Positions 60,150 through 64,000 of a stretch of 64,000 bases of DNA are shown here, one piece after another. Made by a program: the position numbers and the translations under genes. The notes beneath the pieces were generated by a model. That model did no database searches. It worked only from the letters and a program-made list of their open reading frames with translations, and was not told the origin of the DNA. The stretch comes from Chloroflexota bacterium (GTDB taxonomy: Bacteria; Chloroflexota; UBA11872; VXNJ01). The stretch is taken from assembly GCA_965249595.1 (NCBI GenBank), contig OZ252242.1:848569-912568 (forward strand), in the 5' to 3' direction. Numbering within the stretch: position 1 is the stretch's first letter; each line of letters begins with the position of its first letter.

Positions 60150-61556
60150 CTATGCCTTCCTAAATCGCATTCCGTACATGATGCCCCCGTAATAGTTAAA
60201 CGATCGCTTGGCCTCGGGATCGTCAAATGGGTAATCCGCTCCAACCTGTCTTGCCGCGGCAAGCCCAGTGACGAGGCAGGTCTCGTGAATGTTGATCAGC
60301 GTGTGGGCACCGCAACGCCACGTTCGTCGCCGGCCCTGGATGAACCGGAACAGGTTCACCAGCACCACGACGTGGCGCACGTCATGGATGATGTGCAGCA
60401 ACCAGCGCTCGGTGACGATTTTTTGCTCATCAATGGGGCTGATCGGGTTGTAGGACACCAGACAAGGCTTGTCGGATCGATTGGCCCATGGTTGCCGGTT
60501 TTGCATGATGTAGGTGATTTCGTAGTTGTCCGGTCTTGCCCCGTACTGCTCGATATGGTTGCTTCTCGTCGTTAGCGGTTTGACTTCGTTGTCAGGCAGG
60601 ACCGAGGAACCAGAGTGGACGACCGCATGGTTATGGAGCTCACTTTCGTATCGAATCGACGAAAGAATGATGCGCTCTAGCAGGGTCGGCTTATCCAGGA
60701 TCATCAACGTTTGATTTGCATTGCATGCGAATACAACCTCGTCGAAGCTTTCACGCCTCCCGGCTTCGTCCTCGATTACGATGCCGGAAGCGCGCCGATA
60801 GACCTTTCGCACCGGCCGATCGAGATAGACCTTGTCCCGAAAATTGGCCGATAAGTTCTCGTAAATGCGGCGTGTCCCCTGGTCCCAGGTCTGCATCGGC
60901 GTAGACGACTCGATGTCGAAGAATTCGAGATACCTCGCAAAAAGGCCGGCCGGCATATCAAATACGTTCGTTGCCATGAGGAAATTTACAAACATGGGCT
61001 TGAGGATCTTGTAGCGGAAATCCCCCGCGAAGCCACCCAGATTTAGCAATGTACCCATGCTGATATAGGTGAACGGATTTAGGGCGTTTAGGAACTTTGA
61101 CCGGGATCGGGTCAGTGCACCAAACCGGTGCAGGCGTCGTAAGACTCGCTGGAATTTGGCTATCTCGCCTTGCAGCTGCTTCCTAATTTCGGAGTCGAAA
61201 TCATGGGCGTAGACATCGCGGCCGTATCTGACGGAGTAGCTGAATCCGGTGTCGATCAAGTCGATTCCATACTCCTCCATTAGCAACAGGATGTGGTGAT
61301 ATACCGACGGGATGCAGGCGGTGACCGAAAAATCGAAAGGGATTGAGCCGCCGTCATCTTGCGGCATGTCGACCGTCATTGCGTTCCCGCCAAGCCGCTC
61401 TTGCGCTTCGAACAGCCGAATATCAAACCGCTCCGGGTGGTGGCGAAGGGCCCACGCGGCACCCAGACCGGATATACCCCCGCCAGCAATGGCAATTCGC
61501 CGCCGAGGCGCCCCCTTATCGACCGTCGCCATGGTCTCTCGCCGGGCGATCGCCAT
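60150..61556 (-). CDS. FAD-dependent oxidoreductase, flavin amine-oxidase-like (COG2907-type)
   Basis: N-terminal dinucleotide-binding 'RIAIAGGGISGLGAAW...FEAQERLGG'. Possible start at internal Met (MATVDKG). Confidence 0.75.
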   Translation of the reverse strand: MAIARRETMATVDKGAPRRRIAIAGGGISGLGAAWALRHHPERFDIRLFEAQERLGGNAMTVDMPQDDGGSIPFDFSVTACIPSVYHHILLLMEEYGIDLIDTGFSYSVRYGRDVYAHDFDSEIRKQLQGEIAKFQRVLRRLHRFGALTRSRSKFLNALNPFTYISMGTLLNLGGFAGDFRYKILKPMFVNFLMATNVFDMPAGLFARYLEFFDIESSTPMQTWDQGTRRIYENLSANFRDKVYLDRPVRKVYRRASGIVIEDEAGRRESFDEVVFACNANQTLMILDKPTLLERIILSSIRYESELHNHAVVHSGSSVLPDNEVKPLTTRSNHIEQYGARPDNYEITYIMQNRQPWANRSDKPCLVSYNPISPIDEQKIVTERWLLHIIHDVRHVVVLVNLFRFIQGRRRTWRCGAHTLINIHETCLVTGLAAARQVGADYPFDDPEAKRSFNYYGGIMYGMRFRKA

Positions 61557-61689
61557 TGGGTGTCAATCGAGTGGTGCCCAGACCCCCTGGTCGACGACTC
61601 TCACGCTGTCGGGGTCGACCAGCGCAATGAGTGGAGATCATGGCTAGTTCGCAACGCTCCGCTGTTGGGTCCAAGGTTGCAATTTCTTG

Positions 61690-63429
61690 TCACTTGTTGG
61701 CAATTGCCATTGGCGGTCGCGCGCCGTCGCCCGGCAATTGGTTGGCAAGTTGCAGGATTTCGGCAACCGAGTCGTCGGCCTTCAGGCTTCCAACCATAGC
61801 CGCCAGTTCCGCTCGCTGGCTTTCCCGGTCCAGGCGATGCACGTTCACCACCGTCCTCCCTGCATCCAAATGTTTGGCGACCAGCTGATGGCTGTGGGCA
61901 AAGGCCGGGATCTGTGGCAAATGGGTCACACAGATGACCTGGGCTCGGCCCGCCAATTGCCAGAGTTGCCTGCCGACCGCGGCGCCGCGCCGGGCGCCGA
62001 TACCGGCGTCGATTTCGTCAAATACCATGGCGGCACCTTCGCGACCGGATGCAAGGGCGCACCTGAGCGCCAACATGATTCGAGAGGTCTCTCCACCAGA
62101 GGCAATTTCAGCCAACGGGCGCAGAGGTTCGCCCGGATTGGCGGCCAGGTCAAATCGCACCGCGTCGGCCCCGTATCGATCGAAAGCCACCGGCCGGGCG
62201 CCGTCGCCCAGTACCAGCCCGTCGGGATCGGCGCTCTGGTCAACAGAGACCGGCAAGCGCGCCTGATCCATTCCCAACTGGGCCAGGTTGGCCTCCACCG
62301 CCGAGCTCAAGCGTTTAGCTGCTTGCCGGCGCCGATCGGAAATCCGCCCGCCCAAATCGCCGAGCTGGGCCCTGCGGGAGGCAATGGCCCCCGTCAACTG
62401 GCCGATCCGTTCGTCGGCCCCCAGTAGTTCTCTGAGCCGCCCGGCAGCCGAATCGGCGAAGGCGAGCACTTCGGTGATGGAGTCGCCGTATTTGCGCTTC
62501 AAATCGTCGATCTGACGGACCCGCTGGGCGAGCAATTCGGCGCTGGCCTGGTCGGTTGGGATTTCCGCCAGCTGGGACGATACGGCCGCCGCCGATTGGT
62601 CGGCGATCTCCTGGGCCGCGCGCAGCTGTTCGGCCACATCGCCGAACGCCGGCTCGAGCCGGCGCAGGCGAACCAGATCTTCAATGGCTTGCCCCAATTG
62701 ATCGGACGCGCTGCCCGGGCCGGAGAGCTGTCTGCGCACCTGATCGGCTGAATCGGCCAATTGTTCGAAGTTGGAATGCCGGGTCAACAGGGCCAAGGTA
62801 GCCGAGTCATCGCCCTCGGTCAGGTCGGCGGCGGCGATCTCATCAACCTGGAAGGTGAGCAGGTCAATCTCCCGCCGGCGGGCCCGTTCGCTGGCCCCGA
62901 ACTGGTCCAGCTCCGCTTTGTTGGCGCGGTATTCGGCGAAGAGTTGGTGGTAATCCTTCAGCAGCGACCCGTTGTCCCCGAACGCATCAAGGTGTTCCCT
63001 TTGGGCGGATCGGTGAAAGAGCGCCTGTTGTTGGTGCTGGCCGTTGATTTCAACGAGATTGGGACCGATCGTCTCTAGCAACTTGAGCGGCACGGCCCGC
63101 CCGTTGAGGCGAATAAGGGACCGGCCGGCCCGCGAAATCTCGCGGCCAACTATTAGCTGTCCGTCATCCATTTCGATTCCATTGGCGGCCAATTGGCGCC
63201 AGGCCGGGTGTTCGACCGGCAACTCGAATACGCCCTCGATGTAGGCGGCCGCGGCGCCGCTTCGTACCCATCGGGTTTCGGCCCGGCGTCCGCCAAGGAG
63301 TGCCATCGCGTTGACCACGATGGACTTGCCGGCTCCGGTATCACCGGTAAACACGTTTAGACCAGGGTCCAATTCAACGGTGAGGCGGTCCACCAGCGCG
63401 AAATCGGCCACGGTGAGCCGGGCGAGCAT
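61690..63429 (-). CDS. recN: DNA repair protein RecN
   Basis: 'LTVADFALVDRLTVELDPGLNVFTGDTGAGKS' Walker A, coiled-coil middle, C-terminal ABC signature region. Downstream of nadK as commonly found. Confidence 0.9.
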   Translation of the reverse strand: MLARLTVADFALVDRLTVELDPGLNVFTGDTGAGKSIVVNAMALLGGRRAETRWVRSGAAAAYIEGVFELPVEHPAWRQLAANGIEMDDGQLIVGREISRAGRSLIRLNGRAVPLKLLETIGPNLVEINGQHQQQALFHRSAQREHLDAFGDNGSLLKDYHQLFAEYRANKAELDQFGASERARRREIDLLTFQVDEIAAADLTEGDDSATLALLTRHSNFEQLADSADQVRRQLSGPGSASDQLGQAIEDLVRLRRLEPAFGDVAEQLRAAQEIADQSAAAVSSQLAEIPTDQASAELLAQRVRQIDDLKRKYGDSITEVLAFADSAAGRLRELLGADERIGQLTGAIASRRAQLGDLGGRISDRRRQAAKRLSSAVEANLAQLGMDQARLPVSVDQSADPDGLVLGDGARPVAFDRYGADAVRFDLAANPGEPLRPLAEIASGGETSRIMLALRCALASGREGAAMVFDEIDAGIGARRGAAVGRQLWQLAGRAQVICVTHLPQIPAFAHSHQLVAKHLDAGRTVVNVHRLDRESQRAELAAMVGSLKADDSVAEILQLANQLPGDGARPPMAIANK

Positions 63430-64000
63430 TCAGCGGCGCTTGGGCGGTGACAATTGCAGTCGGTCGGCCAGGTCGCGGTAGAAGTAGTCGGGCGCTCCGA
63501 ACCGCAGGAACTGGACGGCGTGCTGGCTGCGGCGACAGGCGACTAAGTCTCCATCGCGGAGGTGATGGAGATTTGAACCATCAATGGTCAGGCCGGCCTC
63601 GTCAAATCCAGTCAATTCGATTTCAATCCGGGCACCGGCCTCCACTACCAGTCCGTTGGCGGCATCGCGGAAGGGGCAGATGGGGGATATGGAGATCACT
63701 TCGGCCGCGGGGTGCACGATCGAACTTTGCAGGGCCAGAGAATAAGCGGTCGTGCCGGTGGGAGTAGACACCACGATGCCATCGGCGCGATAGCCCAGCA
63801 CCTCAACGCCGTCGATGCGCACAAGCACATCGATTAAGCGGGCCACGCCGCCGCGGGCGGCCACCACGTCATTTAGCGCCCGGCCGTTGTCAACGACCCG
63901 ACCACCGCGGATCTGCGACCAATCCAGCAGCAGTCGCCGCTCTACCCAGCCGGCGGAAAAATCGATCTCTGGCAAACGGGCCAAAAAATCATCGGCCGCG
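63430..64000 (-). CDS. nadK: NAD kinase, C-terminal part (gene continues beyond window end)
   Basis: 'GYRADGIVVSTPTGTTAYSLALQSSIVHP' NAD kinase motif. Confidence 0.8.
   Translation of the reverse strand, partial: AADDFLARLPEIDFSAGWVERRLLLDWSQIRGGRVVDNGRALNDVVAARGGVARLIDVLVRIDGVEVLGYRADGIVVSTPTGTTAYSLALQSSIVHPAAEVISISPICPFRDAANGLVVEAGARIEIELTGFDEAGLTIDGSNLHHLRDGDLVACRRSQHAVQFLRFGAPDYFYRDLADRLQLSPPKRR

Overview
High-GC (~63%), gene-dense bacterial chromosomal segment, mostly transcribed on the minus strand. It carries a 16S rRNA gene with no 23S/5S downstream. Instead, an RNase P RNA-like gene and an initiator tRNA-Met follow the 16S on the same strand. Unlinked 16S plus abundant flavin oxidoreductases, enolase-superfamily, PhyH dioxygenases, a sulfatase and a P450 would fit a Chloroflexota/SAR202-like genome, but that is inference only.

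Housekeeping and respiratory genes: map, pyrE, ddl, cca, mnmE, lipA, recN, nadK (partial), nhaA, a class-Ic-like nrdB, ctaCDEF (caa3 oxidase) and ctaA/ctaB. There is a 2-oxo-acid dehydrogenase E1alpha/E1beta/E2 operon and a MoxR-DUF58-vWA operon.

Items worth a second look:
(1) A 1,961-bp tandem duplication of a [DUF362 Fe-S-like protein + 103-aa protein] unit directly downstream of the E2 gene. It carries a decayed copy of the E2 3' end as a duplication scar, and two mosaic patches of clustered substitutions near a CxxCxxC motif.
(2) A single reading frame fusing a GPP34/GOLPH3-like domain to a cytochrome P450 whose I-helix lacks the acid-alcohol pair. A 1-nt frameshift in a C-run interrupts its N-terminus. 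It sits next to a Rieske oxygenase, an MMPL exporter and an FAD amine-oxidase-like gene.
(3) The 16S-rnpB-tRNAfMet arrangement.
(4) An nrdB with Phe at the radical-Tyr position and Glu at the first metal ligand, without an adjacent nrdA.
(5) ctaB split by a -1 frameshift in a T6/A6 homopolymer.

No CRISPR array, mobile element, restriction-modification or toxin-antitoxin signature was recognised.
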